Origin: Gemmatimonadales bacterium
GTDB taxonomy: Bacteria > Gemmatimonadota > Gemmatimonadetes > Gemmatimonadales > GWC2-71-9
Assembly (NCBI GenBank): GCA_041613315.1
Contig: JBFJHJ010000034.1
Span: forward strand, 1-33,144
Length of the DNA stretch: 33,144 bases
Direction of reading: 5' to 3'
In this document: positions 1-10,456 of the stretch, piece after piece
Position numbering within the stretch: the first letter of the stretch is position 1
How the letters are laid out: each line of letters starts with the position of its first letter
Translations under genes and position numbers: made by a program
Notes under the pieces: generated by a model
Database searches by the model: none
Told to the model about the DNA's origin: nothing
What the model saw: only the letters and a program-made list of their open reading frames with translations

Positions 1-81
1 GCCCGGTTGTCGGGTTCGAGCTCAACGGCGGCCGCGCGCAGGGCATTCGGTTTCACCGGGTGGGCGGCTGACGGCCCGGCG

Positions 82-291
82 TCAGTCGTCGAGCGTGAAC
101 CCGATGGTGACGCGGACCTGCCAGTGCGCGATCTTGCCGTTCGCGATGTCGCCCCGCGTCTCGCTGATTTCGAACCACCGCATGTTGCGCACCGTCGTGC
201 CGGCGCGCGCGATCGCCGTTTCCACGGCGTGCTCGAGGCTCTTGCTGGACGACCCCACGAGCTCGGTCGTCTTGTACACGTGGTCGGGCAT
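82..291 (-). CDS. Dodecin (small flavin-binding protein)
   Basis: 69 aa MPDHVYKTTELVGSS...WFEISETRG...WQVRVTIGFTLDD matches the dodecin family pattern; AAGGA RBS upstream of ATG 291. Confidence 0.95.
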   Translation of the reverse strand: MPDHVYKTTELVGSSSKSLEHAVETAIARAGTTVRNMRWFEISETRGDIANGKIAHWQVRVTIGFTLDD

Positions 292-410
292 GGCACCATC
301 CTTTTCGCGGGTTGCGCGTGGCGCGCGTACGGCATAGAGCATACGCGGTGGGACCGGGCGTCACCAGCCGCCGCGGACCGATCACTCACACACCGGAGCA
401 CGGACCCGTC

Positions 411-3400
411 ATGACGCACTGCCTTCGTCGGTTCGGCTGTTGTCTCGCCACGCTGGGACTGGGTATCGCCGCCGTGGGACCTCTCGCGGCCCAGGAGCTC
501 ACTGCGGAGCTGCTGGCGGCCCTCGAGCCCCGCGCCATCGGCCCCGCCGCCATGAGCGGGCGCATCGTGGATCTCGCCGTCGTCGAGCGGGATCCGCGCA
601 CGTTCTACGTCGCGTCCGCCACCGGCGGGGTCTGGAAGACCACCAATGGCGGCGTCACGTTCACGCCCGTCTTCGAGCGGGAGGGGACCCATTCCGTGGG
701 CGCCGTCGCGGTCCATCCGGTGGACACGAACCTCGTCTGGGTGGGCACCGGCGAGCGCGCCAACCGGCAGAGCACGTCCTGGGGCGACGGCGTCTACCGC
801 TCCGCCGACGGCGGCGCGACCTGGACCAACGTGGGACTACGCGACAGCCGCCACATCGGGCGCATCGCGCTCCACCCCACCGACCCCGCCGTGGTGTTCG
901 TCGCGGCGATGGGCCACCTCTGGGGGCCGAATGCGGAGCGCGGCCTGTTCCGCTCCGAGGACGGGGGACGCACGTGGATGCGCGTGCTCGCCGTGGACGA
1001 CCACACCGGCGCCGTGGACGTGGCCATCGACCCGTCCGATCCCGCGGTCGTCTACGCGGCGACGTACCAGCGCCGGCGGCGGCCGTACGGGTTTCACGGT
1101 GGCGGCCCCGGCAGCGGCCTCTACAAGTCGACCGACGGCGGGCGCACCTGGCGCGCCCTCACCGCCGGCCTCCCGGCGGGGGACAAGGGGCGGATCGGGA
1201 TCACGGTGTATCGTCGCGATCCCCGGATCGTGTACGTCTCCGTCGAACAGGGATGGCGCTACAACGCGTCCACCGCCTACGGCCAACGTCGCGCCGGGAT
1301 TTACCGGTCCGACGACCGCGGCGAAACGTGGCGCCGGATGGGCGATTGGAATCCGCGGCCGATGTACGCGAGCCAGCCGCTGGTGGATCCGACCGACGAC
1401 CGGCGGATCTACATGATGAACGCGTACAGCGTGTCGGAGGACAGCGGGAAGACGTTCCGCCGAGTGCCCCAGTCGCTGCACGGCGATGACCGCATCCTGT
1501 GGGTGAACCCCGCGGATGCGCGCCACGTGATGAAGGGCGACGACGGCGGACTCGGGATCTCGCACGATCGCGGGCGGACGTGGCTCTACGCCACGCATCT
1601 CCCGGTGAGCCAGTTCTACCGCGTCGGTGTGGATATGCGGACGCCGTACTGGGTGTACGGTGGGCTGCAGGACAACGGCAGCTGGATGGGACCGAACGCG
1701 ACCTACCGGCGCGAGGGAATCCTCTTCCAGGATTGGGTCCGAACGGGCGGCGGCGACGGCTTCGTCAATCTCGTGGACACCACCGACAACCGCACGCTGT
1801 ACACCGAGTCGCAGTACCTCGGGCTCTCGCGTCTCGATCTCGTGACCGGCGCCCGCAAGTGGATCCGTCCCGGCGACCCCAGCGGTCACATTGCGGCGCG
1901 GCGGAACTGGGACGCGTGGGGGCCCGGGATTCCCGAGCCCGAGCTGGGGAACGCGATGGCCCCGGCTAACTGGGACGGTCCGTTCATCATCTCGCCGCAC
2001 GACGCCAACACGCTCTACGCCGGGACGAACCAGCTGTGGAGAAGCACCGATCGCGGAGACACCTGGGTGTCGCTCGGTGACCTCACGACGGGCGTCGATC
2101 GGCGCGAGCTCCCCATCATGGGCCAGCGCGCACACGACTCCACGGCATCGCTCGACGACGGCATCCCCTACTACCCGACGCTCACGCAGATCGCCGAGTC
2201 GCCGCTGCGCCGCGGTTTGCTGTACGTCGGGACGGACGATGGGAACCTCCAGGTGTCCACGGATGGCGGCACCACGTGGACCAACGTGAGCGCCCGCCTC
2301 CCCGACGTGCCGGTGTCCGCCTGGATCTCGGGGATCGAGCCGTCGCGCCACGCCGCCGGACGCGTGTACGCCGCGGTCAACAACTACCGCAACGATGACT
2401 ACGCCAACTACCTCTACCGGTCGGACGATACGGGACGCACCTGGACGTCCATCGTCGGCGATCTCCGCGCGGAGCGCGTCGTTCGAACGGTACGGGAGGA
2501 CCTCCGGAACCCGCAGGTGCTTTACCTGGGAACGGAGCTGGGGCTGTTCTACACCAATGATGCGGGCCGCCATTGGGTGGAACTCACGGGCGGGCTGCCC
2601 ACCGCGGCGTTCAACGACCTGGCGCTCCATCCGCGGGACAACGACCTCGTCCTGGGCACCCACGGCCGGGGCATCTGGATCCTGGACAACGTGAACGCAC
2701 TCCAGGAGGTGACCCCGGAGGTGCTGCGCGCCGACGCCCATCTCTTCACGGTCGAGGCGGCGCAGATGATCCGCTACCGGGCCGAAGGCGGACACACCGG
2801 CGACATGGTGTTTCGGGGTGCGAACCCGCCGGCCGGCGCCATCATTGACTACTACCTGCGCCGCGCGCCCGACAGCGTGATGAACGTCTCCGTGACCGTG
2901 CACGATGCGGCCGGCCAGGAGGTGAACCGCCTGGCCACGCCACGCCGGGCCGGGATCAACCGCACCGTATGGAACCTGCGGTACGCGGACCTCGCAGCCC
3001 CCGACGCCGGGGACGATGGAGACGACGAGGGCGGCACCGCGCCCGGCCCGTGGGTCCTGCCCGGCACGTACACGGTCCGACTCACGGTGGGCGCCCGGCG
3101 CCACGAACAGCGCGTCGTTGTGGCGGACGACCCACGGCTCACCGTGAGCGATCTCGAGCGGAGGCGCTGGCAGGCGACCACCATGCTGCTGGCGGAGACC
3201 ATCCGCGCCCACCTCGCCGACATGGCGACCGTACAGGCGGTCAAGACGCGCATCGACAGCCTTCCCGCGGCCGCGCAGGCCCGCCATGCGGCGCTGACCA
3301 CCGAGGTACAGGAGATCCTGCCCTTGCTGACGGAACTCCGCAGCCGCCTCCTCCGCCTGTACGGCCAGGTCACCGGCTGGCCGGGGCCGCTCACGGCTGA

Positions 3401-3488
3401 CCAGCGCGCGCAGCTCGCGTCCTACCGCGAATGGATCCAGCGCCTCGAGCCGCGGGTGCGGCGCGTGCGGGACGCGCGGGTCGGCTGA
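411..3488 (+). CDS. Secreted BNR/Asp-box repeat beta-propeller protein (VPS10/sortilin-like glycosyl hydrolase family)
   Basis: Signal peptide ending LAA-Q; many S/T-x-D-x-G-x-T-W Asp-boxes; typical 'RAIGPAAMSGRI', 'GGLQDNGSW' and 'GTHGRGIWILD' motifs; GGAG before ATG 411. Confidence 0.88.
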   Translation: MTHCLRRFGCCLATLGLGIAAVGPLAAQELTAELLAALEPRAIGPAAMSGRIVDLAVVERDPRTFYVASATGGVWKTTNGGVTFTPVFEREGTHSVGAVAVHPVDTNLVWVGTGERANRQSTSWGDGVYRSADGGATWTNVGLRDSRHIGRIALHPTDPAVVFVAAMGHLWGPNAERGLFRSEDGGRTWMRVLAVDDHTGAVDVAIDPSDPAVVYAATYQRRRRPYGFHGGGPGSGLYKSTDGGRTWRALTAGLPAGDKGRIGITVYRRDPRIVYVSVEQGWRYNASTAYGQRRAGIYRSDDRGETWRRMGDWNPRPMYASQPLVDPTDDRRIYMMNAYSVSEDSGKTFRRVPQSLHGDDRILWVNPADARHVMKGDDGGLGISHDRGRTWLYATHLPVSQFYRVGVDMRTPYWVYGGLQDNGSWMGPNATYRREGILFQDWVRTGGGDGFVNLVDTTDNRTLYTESQYLGLSRLDLVTGARKWIRPGDPSGHIAARRNWDAWGPGIPEPELGNAMAPANWDGPFIISPHDANTLYAGTNQLWRSTDRGDTWVSLGDLTTGVDRRELPIMGQRAHDSTASLDDGIPYYPTLTQIAESPLRRGLLYVGTDDGNLQVSTDGGTTWTNVSARLPDVPVSAWISGIEPSRHAAGRVYAAVNNYRNDDYANYLYRSDDTGRTWTSIVGDLRAERVVRTVREDLRNPQVLYLGTELGLFYTNDAGRHWVELTGGLPTAAFNDLALHPRDNDLVLGTHGRGIWILDNVNALQEVTPEVLRADAHLFTVEAAQMIRYRAEGGHTGDMVFRGANPPAGAIIDYYLRRAPDSVMNVSVTVHDAAGQEVNRLATPRRAGINRTVWNLRYADLAAPDAGDDGDDEGGTAPGPWVLPGTYTVRLTVGARRHEQRVVVADDPRLTVSDLERRRWQATTMLLAETIRAHLADMATVQAVKTRIDSLPAAAQARHAALTTEVQEILPLLTELRSRLLRLYGQVTGWPGPLTADQRAQLASYREWIQRLEPRVRRVRDARVG

Positions 3489-3492
3489 TCGC

Positions 3493-4764
3493 GTGGAGAG
3501 CTTTGGCTTCGCGATCGTCGCCGTCACGATCCTCGCGTTCGGACTCGTGTCGGAGCGCATCCGGCGCACGCCGCTCACGCCACCCATGGTGTTCGTGGTG
3601 GTCGGGTTCCTGGTGGGGCCGTTGGCGCTGGGGCTCGTCACGCTCTCGCCGGCGAGCGGCGTCATTCGAACGTTGGCCGAGCTCACGCTGGTCGTGCTGC
3701 TCTTCACGGACGCGTCGCGCATCGATCTCGGGCTACTCCGCCGGCAGCACAACCTGCCGGTGCGGCTCCTGCTCGTCGGTCTCCCGCTCACGGTCGCGGC
3801 GGGCGCGGGGCTCGCGCTGCTCGCGTTTCCGGGGCTGGAACTGTGGGAGGCGGCCGTGCTGGGCGCGGTGTTGGCCCCGACGGACGCCGCCCTGGGTCAG
3901 GCCGTCGTGGGCAGCCTCCTCGTGCCCGTCCGGATCCGCCAGGCGCTCAACGTCGAAAGCGGTCTGAACGACGGCCTCGCCCTCCCGATCGTGTTGCTCA
4001 CGCTTTCGCTGGCCGGTGCCGCGGAGCATGTCGGAACCGCCGGCACGTGGGTCCGCTTTACGGCGCTCCAGCTTGTCTTCGGGCCGCTGGTCGGTCTCGC
4101 GGTCGGCTTCACCGGCGGGCGCCTGGTGATGCGAGCGTCACGCGCTCGGTGGATGAACCATGTGTTCCAGGAGCTTGCGGCGGTGGGGCTCGCGCTCCTG
4201 GCGTACGCGGTTGCCGAGCTGGTCGGCGGCAACGGGTTCATCGCCGCCTTCGTCGGGGGTCTCACGCTGGGAAACACCTCACGCGCCGTCTGCACGTGTC
4301 TCTACGAGTTCGCCGAGGCGGAGGGGCAGCTTCTGAGTCTCTTGATCTTCCTCGTATTCGGGGCGGCCCTGGTGCCGGTCGTGGTCCAGCACGCGTCCTG
4401 GCCGATCGTGGCGTACGCCCTCGCGAGTCTGACGCTCGTGCGCCTGGTGCCCGTCGCCCTGAGCCTGCTTGGCACACGGCTCCGCTGGGAGACCACGCTC
4501 TTCCTCGGATGGTTCGGCCCGCGCGGCATCGCCACGGTGCTGTTCGCGCTCCTGCTGCTGGAACGGGCCGATGTCGCGGGCCGCGAGACCGTGCTCGCGG
4601 TGGCGATGACCACGGTGCTCCTGAGCGTGTTCCTGCATGGGTTCACGGCGTTTCCGGCGGCCCGGTGGTACGGCGCGCGGCTGGGCGCTGTGCGGGCGAC
4701 GCCCGACGCGCCGGAGCATCGGCCGGTGCCGGAAATGCCGCTGCGGATCCCCGTAGTCGGATGA
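3493..4764 (+). CDS. Cation:proton antiporter, CPA1/NhaP family
   Basis: Polytopic membrane protein with APTDAALG, ESGLNDG and WFGPRGIA motifs. Confidence 0.92.
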   Translation: MESFGFAIVAVTILAFGLVSERIRRTPLTPPMVFVVVGFLVGPLALGLVTLSPASGVIRTLAELTLVVLLFTDASRIDLGLLRRQHNLPVRLLLVGLPLTVAAGAGLALLAFPGLELWEAAVLGAVLAPTDAALGQAVVGSLLVPVRIRQALNVESGLNDGLALPIVLLTLSLAGAAEHVGTAGTWVRFTALQLVFGPLVGLAVGFTGGRLVMRASRARWMNHVFQELAAVGLALLAYAVAELVGGNGFIAAFVGGLTLGNTSRAVCTCLYEFAEAEGQLLSLLIFLVFGAALVPVVVQHASWPIVAYALASLTLVRLVPVALSLLGTRLRWETTLFLGWFGPRGIATVLFALLLLERADVAGRETVLAVAMTTVLLSVFLHGFTAFPAARWYGARLGAVRATPDAPEHRPVPEMPLRIPVVG

Positions 4765-4901
4765 CGCGGCCCGTCGCGCCGCGGCTCCGCCCGCGAGCGC
4801 AGGCACCCACATGGCACGATCGCGCGGGCCTGCGGGCCGACCGGCCACGCCCCGGCGCACGGCACCGGCGCCGCCCCCGCTGAGGCGGAGCCCGACGCGC
4901 G

Positions 4902-6344
4902 ATGCACCTCGTGGCAGAACTCTGGCAGCTCCTCGTCGGGGGTCTCACCCTGCTGCTGGCGGTCTTCACGGCAGGCCACGTCGTGCTGAACAAGCGGGAC
5001 AGCCGGGCGGCCGTGGCGTGGGTGGGGCTCATCCTCCTCGCGCCGATCGTCGGCGCCGTGCTCTACATGCTGTTCGGCGTCAACCGCATCCGGCGCCGGG
5101 CAGCCGAATACCGTGCGTTTCGCCGCACGACCAGCGGGATTTTCGAGCTGCCGTCCGGGCTCGACCGTCACGCGCCGCTCCCGGGCGAGGTACAGCACCT
5201 GGGGTCGCTGGCGCGGCTCGTCGGACAGTTGGCCGGTCGCTCACTGCTGGAAGGGAACGCCGTCACGCCCCTCTTGAACGGTGACGAAGCATACCCGGTC
5301 ATGTTGGACGCGATCGCGCGAGCGGAGACATCCGTCGCGCTCAGCACCTACATCTTCGACAACGACGGCGCGGGCCACTTGTTCATGGACGCCCTGGAAG
5401 CGGCGGCGGCGCGGGGCGTGGCGGTGCGGGTGCTGGTGGACGCGGTCGGCGCACGGTACTCGTGGCCCCCGATCATCCGGGCCCTGGCGCGGCGCGGCGT
5501 GCGCGTGGCGCGGTTCGGCCGCACGCTCCTGCCGTGGCGCATGCCGTACATGAACCTGCGCAACCATCGCAAACTGCTGATCGTGGATGGCCGCCTCGGC
5601 TTCACCGGCGGCATGAACATCCGGAAGGGGCACGTGTTGGGACTCGAGCCAAGTCATCCGATCCAGGACCTCCAGTTTCGCTTCGACGGACCGGTGGTGG
5701 CGCACCTCATGCGCGTGTTCGCCGAGGACTGGGCGTTCACGGCGGGTGAAGATCTCGCCGACGAGCGCTGGTTCCCGCCGCTGGCGCCCGCGGGGCGGGT
5801 GGCCGCGCGCGGCATCTCGGACGGACCCGACGAGCACTTCGACACGGCACGGTTCACCCTGCTGGGCGCGCTGGCCTGCGCCGAGTCGGCGGTCACGATC
5901 GTCACGCCGTATTTCGTGCCGGACTCCGGACTCATTACCGCACTGGGGGTGGCCGCGCTGCGCGGGGTGAGCGTGGACATTCTGCTCCCACAGGTCAACA
6001 ACCAGGCGCTGGTCCAGTGGGCCTGCACGGCCCAGCTCTGGCAGGTGCTGCAACGTGGGTGCCGGGTGTGGTACACGCCGCCGCCGTTCGACCACACCAA
6101 GCTTATGGTGGCCGACGGTGTGTGGACGCTCGTCGGATCGACGAACTGGGACGCGCGGAGCCTCCGGCTCAACTTCGAATTCGACGTCGAGTGCTATGAC
6201 GTCGATTTGGCCAGCCGGCTTCAGGACGTCGTCGCCCGGAAGCTCGCACGCGCCCGGCGCGTGACGTTACACGAGGTGGACTCCCGCAGGCTCTCCGTGC
6301 GGCTCCGCGACGGGATCGCGCGACTGGCAGCGCCATACCTGTGA
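4902..6344 (+). CDS. cls: Cardiolipin synthase (PLD superfamily)
   Basis: Two N-terminal TM helices (PLDc_N) and two HKD motifs: NHRKLLIVD and DHTKLMVAD...GSTNWDARS. Confidence 0.92.
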   Translation: MHLVAELWQLLVGGLTLLLAVFTAGHVVLNKRDSRAAVAWVGLILLAPIVGAVLYMLFGVNRIRRRAAEYRAFRRTTSGIFELPSGLDRHAPLPGEVQHLGSLARLVGQLAGRSLLEGNAVTPLLNGDEAYPVMLDAIARAETSVALSTYIFDNDGAGHLFMDALEAAAARGVAVRVLVDAVGARYSWPPIIRALARRGVRVARFGRTLLPWRMPYMNLRNHRKLLIVDGRLGFTGGMNIRKGHVLGLEPSHPIQDLQFRFDGPVVAHLMRVFAEDWAFTAGEDLADERWFPPLAPAGRVAARGISDGPDEHFDTARFTLLGALACAESAVTIVTPYFVPDSGLITALGVAALRGVSVDILLPQVNNQALVQWACTAQLWQVLQRGCRVWYTPPPFDHTKLMVADGVWTLVGSTNWDARSLRLNFEFDVECYDVDLASRLQDVVARKLARARRVTLHEVDSRRLSVRLRDGIARLAAPYL

Positions 6345-6587
6345 CGGACGAAGCGCCGAGCGGGGCGGCACGCGGCGTTCCGCGACGCGGCACCCGGCCT
6401 CTGGATATCCCCAGGGTCCGCCTCTATTGTACCAGCCATCCGGCCCCGGGGGACGACCCTGCAGCGGCGCGCCTCCGGATCCCCTTCCGACGCGCTTCCC
6501 GGCGGGGGCCGCACACGGCGAACGGAGATCCGCGATGACGCCCGCACTGTGTCGGTGGCCGCGACCAGCCACGCATCCCTCCGCGAC

Positions 6588-8330
6588 ATGGAAACGCTGA
6601 CCCACGACATCCTCGTGATCGGCGGGGGCGGCGCCGGGCTGCGCGCCGCCATCGCGGTCGCGGAGTCGAACCCCGCGCTCTCCGTCGGCGTGGTCTCGAA
6701 GGTGTACCCGATGCGCAGCCACACGGTGTCCGCCGAGGGCGGCGCCGCCGCCGTCATCAAGCCGATTGACACGCTCGACGCGCACGCGTACGACACCATC
6801 AGCGGCGGGGACTGGTTGTGCGATCAGGACGCCGTCGAAGCGTTCGTGCACGAGGCCCCCGAGGAGATGCTCCGCCTGGAGCGCTGGGGCTGTCCGTGGA
6901 GCCGGGAAGCCGACGGCCACATCGCCGTGCGGCCGTTCGGCGGAATGAAGATCCAGCGCACGTGGTTCGCGGCGGACAAGACCGGCTTCCACATGCTCCA
7001 CACGTTGTTTCAGACGTCGCTCAAGCACGATCGGCTGCGCTGGTACGACGAATGGTTCGTCACGCGCCTGCTGGTCGACGACGGCCGGTGCCAGGGGGCG
7101 GCGGCGCTGCAGCTGGCCACGGGCAAGGTCGCCGCGCTGCTCGCCAAGTCGGTGATCCTCACGACCGGCGGCGCCGGCAAAGTGTTCCCGTTCACGACCA
7201 ACGCCAACATCAAGACGGGCGACGGCATGGCGCTGGCGTACCGCGCCGGCGTCCCCCTCAAAGACATGGAGTTCGTGCAGTATCACCCCACCGGGCTTCC
7301 GTTCACGGGCATTCTGATCACGGAGGCGGCGCGGGCGGAGGGGGGATGGCTCCTCAACAAGGACGGCTACCGCTATCTCCAGGACTACGATCTCGGCCGG
7401 CCCGAACCCACGCCCGTGTTGCGCGCGATGGAGCTCGGCCCCCGTGACCGGCTGTCCCAGGCGTTCGTGAAGGAGCGCGAGCAGGGGCGGACGATCGAGA
7501 CGCCCTACGGGCACGTCGTCTCCCTCGACATCCGGCATCTCGGCGAGAAGCTGATCACCGCGAAGCTGCCGTTCGTGCGCGAGCTGTGCCTCAAGTATCA
7601 AGACCTCGATCCCGTCACGGAGTTGATCCCGGTCCGGCCCGTCGTACACTACATGATGGGCGGAGTGCACACCGATCTGCACGCCGCCACTCCACTGCCC
7701 GGTCTCTATGCGGCGGGCGAGGTCGCCTGCGTCAGCATCAATGGGGCGAACCGGCTGGGCTCGAACTCCTTGACCGAACTCCTCGTGTTCGGGGCGCGGG
7801 CCGGGGCGGCGGCGGCGGCGTATGTGGGGAGCGCGCCCGAACCCGGGCAAGGGGCGCTGGCGCAGGCCATCGATGAGGAGCGCCGGTTGCGCCGGGAGGT
7901 GCTCGGACGGTCGAAGGGGCGAGAGCGGCTCGCCACGTTGCGGGTGGAGATGCAGGACGCGATGGAAGCCGGGGCCGGCATCTACCGTGATGCCGCGGGC
8001 CTCACGGCCGCGGGGGCCACACTGGAGACGCTGCGCGAGCGATTGGGCACCGTGGCCCTGGACGACCACAGCCTGACCTTCAACACCGAACTGGTGGCGT
8101 ATGTGGAGTTCGCCAACATGCTCGATGTCGCCGAAGCGCTGATCCATTCCGGCCTCGCCCGGACCGAGTCCCGGGGAGCCCACCAGCGGACGGATTACCC
8201 GCAGCGCAACGACGAGCGCTTCCTGGCCCACTCGTTGGCGTACCGCGCCGACGCCGGCCCGCCGACGATCGAGTATCTGCCGGTCACCCTCACCCGCTGG
8301 CCCCCGGGCGAGCGGGTCTACGGTCGCTAG
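6588..8330 (+). CDS. frdA: Fumarate reductase flavoprotein subunit
   Basis: GGGGAG FAD fold, covalent-[13 protein letters not shown] (Glu as in FrdA, not Gln as in SdhA), QYHPTG, GPRD, VHY and NRLGSNSL; start ATG 6588 or GTG 6549. Confidence 0.93.
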   Translation: METLTHDILVIGGGGAGLRAAIAVAESNPALSVGVVSKVYPMRSHTVSAEGGAAAVIKPIDTLDAHAYDTISGGDWLCDQDAVEAFVHEAPEEMLRLERWGCPWSREADGHIAVRPFGGMKIQRTWFAADKTGFHMLHTLFQTSLKHDRLRWYDEWFVTRLLVDDGRCQGAAALQLATGKVAALLAKSVILTTGGAGKVFPFTTNANIKTGDGMALAYRAGVPLKDMEFVQYHPTGLPFTGILITEAARAEGGWLLNKDGYRYLQDYDLGRPEPTPVLRAMELGPRDRLSQAFVKEREQGRTIETPYGHVVSLDIRHLGEKLITAKLPFVRELCLKYQDLDPVTELIPVRPVVHYMMGGVHTDLHAATPLPGLYAAGEVACVSINGANRLGSNSLTELLVFGARAGAAAAAYVGSAPEPGQGALAQAIDEERRLRREVLGRSKGRERLATLRVEMQDAMEAGAGIYRDAAGLTAAGATLETLRERLGTVALDDHSLTFNTELVAYVEFANMLDVAEALIHSGLARTESRGAHQRTDYPQRNDERFLAHSLAYRADAGPPTIEYLPVTLTRWPPGERVYGR

Positions 8331-8339
8331 GAGGATGCC

Positions 8340-9074
8340 GTGGACTCGGTGACACTCGAAGTGCAGCGCTACCGCCCGGAAGACGAGGAGGCGCCCAGCT
8401 GGCAGAGCTATCGTGTGCCGTTCCGCGCGGACTGGATGGTGCTGGACGCGCTCAATTACATCAAGGACGAGCTGGATGGCACGCTGTCGTATCGCTGGGC
8501 GTGCCGCATGGGCGTGTGCGGGAGCTGCGGGATGACGGTCAACGGGGAGCCCACGCTCACCTGTGCGACGTATCTGAAGGACCAGCCCGCCGGGCCGATC
8601 CGCGTGGAGCCGCTCCGAGGCTTCCCGGTCATCCGCGACCTCGTGGGTGATCTCACCGACTTTCTCGAGAAGCTGAAGCGGGTGCAGCCGTGGCTCGTGC
8701 GAGAGGACGAACCGCCGCTGTCCGCGGGCGAACATCTGCAGACGCCGGAGCAGCTCGCCGAGTACAAGCAGTACAGCATGTGCATCAACTGCATGCTGTG
8801 CTACGCGGCGTGTCCGATCTACGAGCTCGAGCCTGACTTCATCGGCCCCGCCGCGATCGCGCTGGCCCAACGATACAACCTGGATTCCCGCGATCAGGGG
8901 GCCGCCCGGCGGATGGACGTGCTCTCGCAGCACGACGGCATCTGGAGCTGTACCTTCGTGGGTGAATGCTCGGCGGTGTGCCCGAAAAACGTCGATCCGG
9001 CTGGCGCCATCCAGCGGTATAAGGTCGCGGCGGCGGCCGACGCGCTCACCTCGGTGTTCCGACCATGGCGGTGA
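8340..9074 (+). CDS. frdB: Fumarate reductase iron-sulfur subunit
   Basis: [10 protein letters not shown] [2Fe-2S], [11 protein letters not shown] and [11 protein letters not shown] motifs; AGGAGG RBS before GTG. Confidence 0.94.
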   Translation: MDSVTLEVQRYRPEDEEAPSWQSYRVPFRADWMVLDALNYIKDELDGTLSYRWACRMGVCGSCGMTVNGEPTLTCATYLKDQPAGPIRVEPLRGFPVIRDLVGDLTDFLEKLKRVQPWLVREDEPPLSAGEHLQTPEQLAEYKQYSMCINCMLCYAACPIYELEPDFIGPAAIALAQRYNLDSRDQGAARRMDVLSQHDGIWSCTFVGECSAVCPKNVDPAGAIQRYKVAAAADALTSVFRPWR

Positions 9075-9481
9075 ATCCGAACTACACGCCCTATCACCCG
9101 AAGTGGTATCGCCGCCGGATCCCGATCTTCTGGTGGGCGCGCAAGCTGTCGTACGTCAGGTTCATCAGCCGGGAGATGACGAGCGTCTTCGTAGCGTACG
9201 GCGCCGTCGTCCTGCTGCTGCAGGCCTGGACCGTGCTGCGCGGCGACGACACCTATCGCGGGTTCCAGCAGTGGCTCGAAACGCCCGCCGTCGTCGTCGT
9301 GCATGCCGTCGTCCTGCTGATCGTCCTGTTCCATAGCGTGACCTGGTTGAGTCTGGCGCCCCAAGCGCTCGCCGTGCACCTCGGTCGCTACCGCGTACCG
9401 GCGGGCGCGATCCTCGCCGCCCACTACCTCGCGTGGTTGGTCGTGTCTGGCCTCGTGGGGTGGGTGCTGCTCGGGAGGTAG
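9065..9481 (+). CDS. frdC: Fumarate reductase membrane anchor subunit C
   Basis: WW..RE motif, three TM segments, [12 protein letters not shown] motif; overlaps the frdB end. Confidence 0.9.
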   Translation: MAVNPNYTPYHPKWYRRRIPIFWWARKLSYVRFISREMTSVFVAYGAVVLLLQAWTVLRGDDTYRGFQQWLETPAVVVVHAVVLLIVLFHSVTWLSLAPQALAVHLGRYRVPAGAILAAHYLAWLVVSGLVGWVLLGR

Positions 9482-9482
9482 G

Positions 9483-9830
9483 ATGCGACGGTCGCGTGAA
9501 CCGCTGCTGTGGGCCGTGTTCAGCGCCGGAGGCATGGTCGCCGCGCTGCTGTTTCCGGCCCTCATCTTCGTGCTGTGGGTCGCGGCGCCTCTGGGGTGGG
9601 TGTCCCCTCCCACCCACGGGCAGCTCGCGGCGCTCCTGGACCATCCGATCGTCCGGCTCGGCGCGTTCGTGCTGCTGAGCGCCGTGTTCTTTCACTGGGC
9701 GCACCGGTTCCGGTACACCCTGTACGACGGCCTGCAGTTGTATCACTTGAACCAGCTGATCGCCGTGGTGACGTATGGAGTGGCGACCCTCCTCGCGCTC
9801 GTCGCGGCGTTCCTACTCTTGATCCCGTGA
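9483..9830 (+). CDS. frdD: Fumarate reductase membrane anchor subunit D
   Basis: RSREPLLWAVFSAGG and HWAHRFRYTLYD, equivalent to E. coli FrdD motifs; three TM segments. Confidence 0.92.
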   Translation: MRRSREPLLWAVFSAGGMVAALLFPALIFVLWVAAPLGWVSPPTHGQLAALLDHPIVRLGAFVLLSAVFFHWAHRFRYTLYDGLQLYHLNQLIAVVTYGVATLLALVAAFLLLIP

Positions 9831-9943
9831 CGGCGGACGGCCGAGACGGGCGCGCGGGGACTGGGAGCCACGGGGCGCGTGGCCCTGGCCGGTCGAGGCG
9901 CGCGCCCCCGGCGCCCGCGCCGGGGGGGTGAGGTCCGGCTGCC

Positions 9944-10441
9944 ATGTTCAAGCTCAAGGCCATCACGAAGGACGGCGTCGAGCGCGCCCTCCAAAAGGTG
10001 GAGCGCTACCGGCTGCTCAATGAGCCGTGGGCGGCGGAGAGCATTTGCCTTGACGTGCTCGAGGTGGACGCGACGAACCAGCAGGCGGTGATCTCGCTGC
10101 TCCTGGCGGTCACCGACCAGTTCGGCATCGAGGCCGGCGGCGACGTGGCGCGCGCGCGGGAACTGCTCCCGCGCATCACGGACGAATACCAGCGCGCGTA
10201 TTACGCCGGAATCATCTGCGAGCGGCGAGGCAAGTCGCTGCTCCGGCGACACGCCCCTGGGACGGGGCCGGTCGTCTACGACTGGCTGCGGCAGGCCATG
10301 GACGGTTACGAGAAGGCCGCCGCGATCCGCCCACCGGGCAACGACGACGCGCTGCTCCGGTGGAACACCTGCGCGCGCATCATCATGCGCCACGCGCTGG
10401 AGTCGGCCCCGGAGGAAGAGGCCCCGACCCTGCTCGAATGA
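9944..10441 (+). CDS. Hypothetical alpha-helical (TPR-like) protein downstream of frdD
   Basis: 165 aa, good codon usage, GAGGT RBS; helical repeat-like sequence; no recognisable catalytic motif. Confidence 0.75.
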   Translation: MFKLKAITKDGVERALQKVERYRLLNEPWAAESICLDVLEVDATNQQAVISLLLAVTDQFGIEAGGDVARARELLPRITDEYQRAYYAGIICERRGKSLLRRHAPGTGPVVYDWLRQAMDGYEKAAAIRPPGNDDALLRWNTCARIIMRHALESAPEEEAPTLLE

Positions 10442-10456
10442 GGGTGGCCAGCGTCG

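Noticed and set aside
837..3791. 984-aa minus-strand ORF
   Set aside because: Antisense shadow of the BNR hydrolase, caused by high-GC codon bias; no domain motifs
6344..6588. FNR/CRP box upstream of frdA
   Set aside because: No TTGAT-N4-ATCAA or TGTGA-N6-TCACA match seen, so frd is not included in the proposed regulon
6267..8933. 888-aa minus-strand ORF
   Set aside because: Antisense shadow of frdAB
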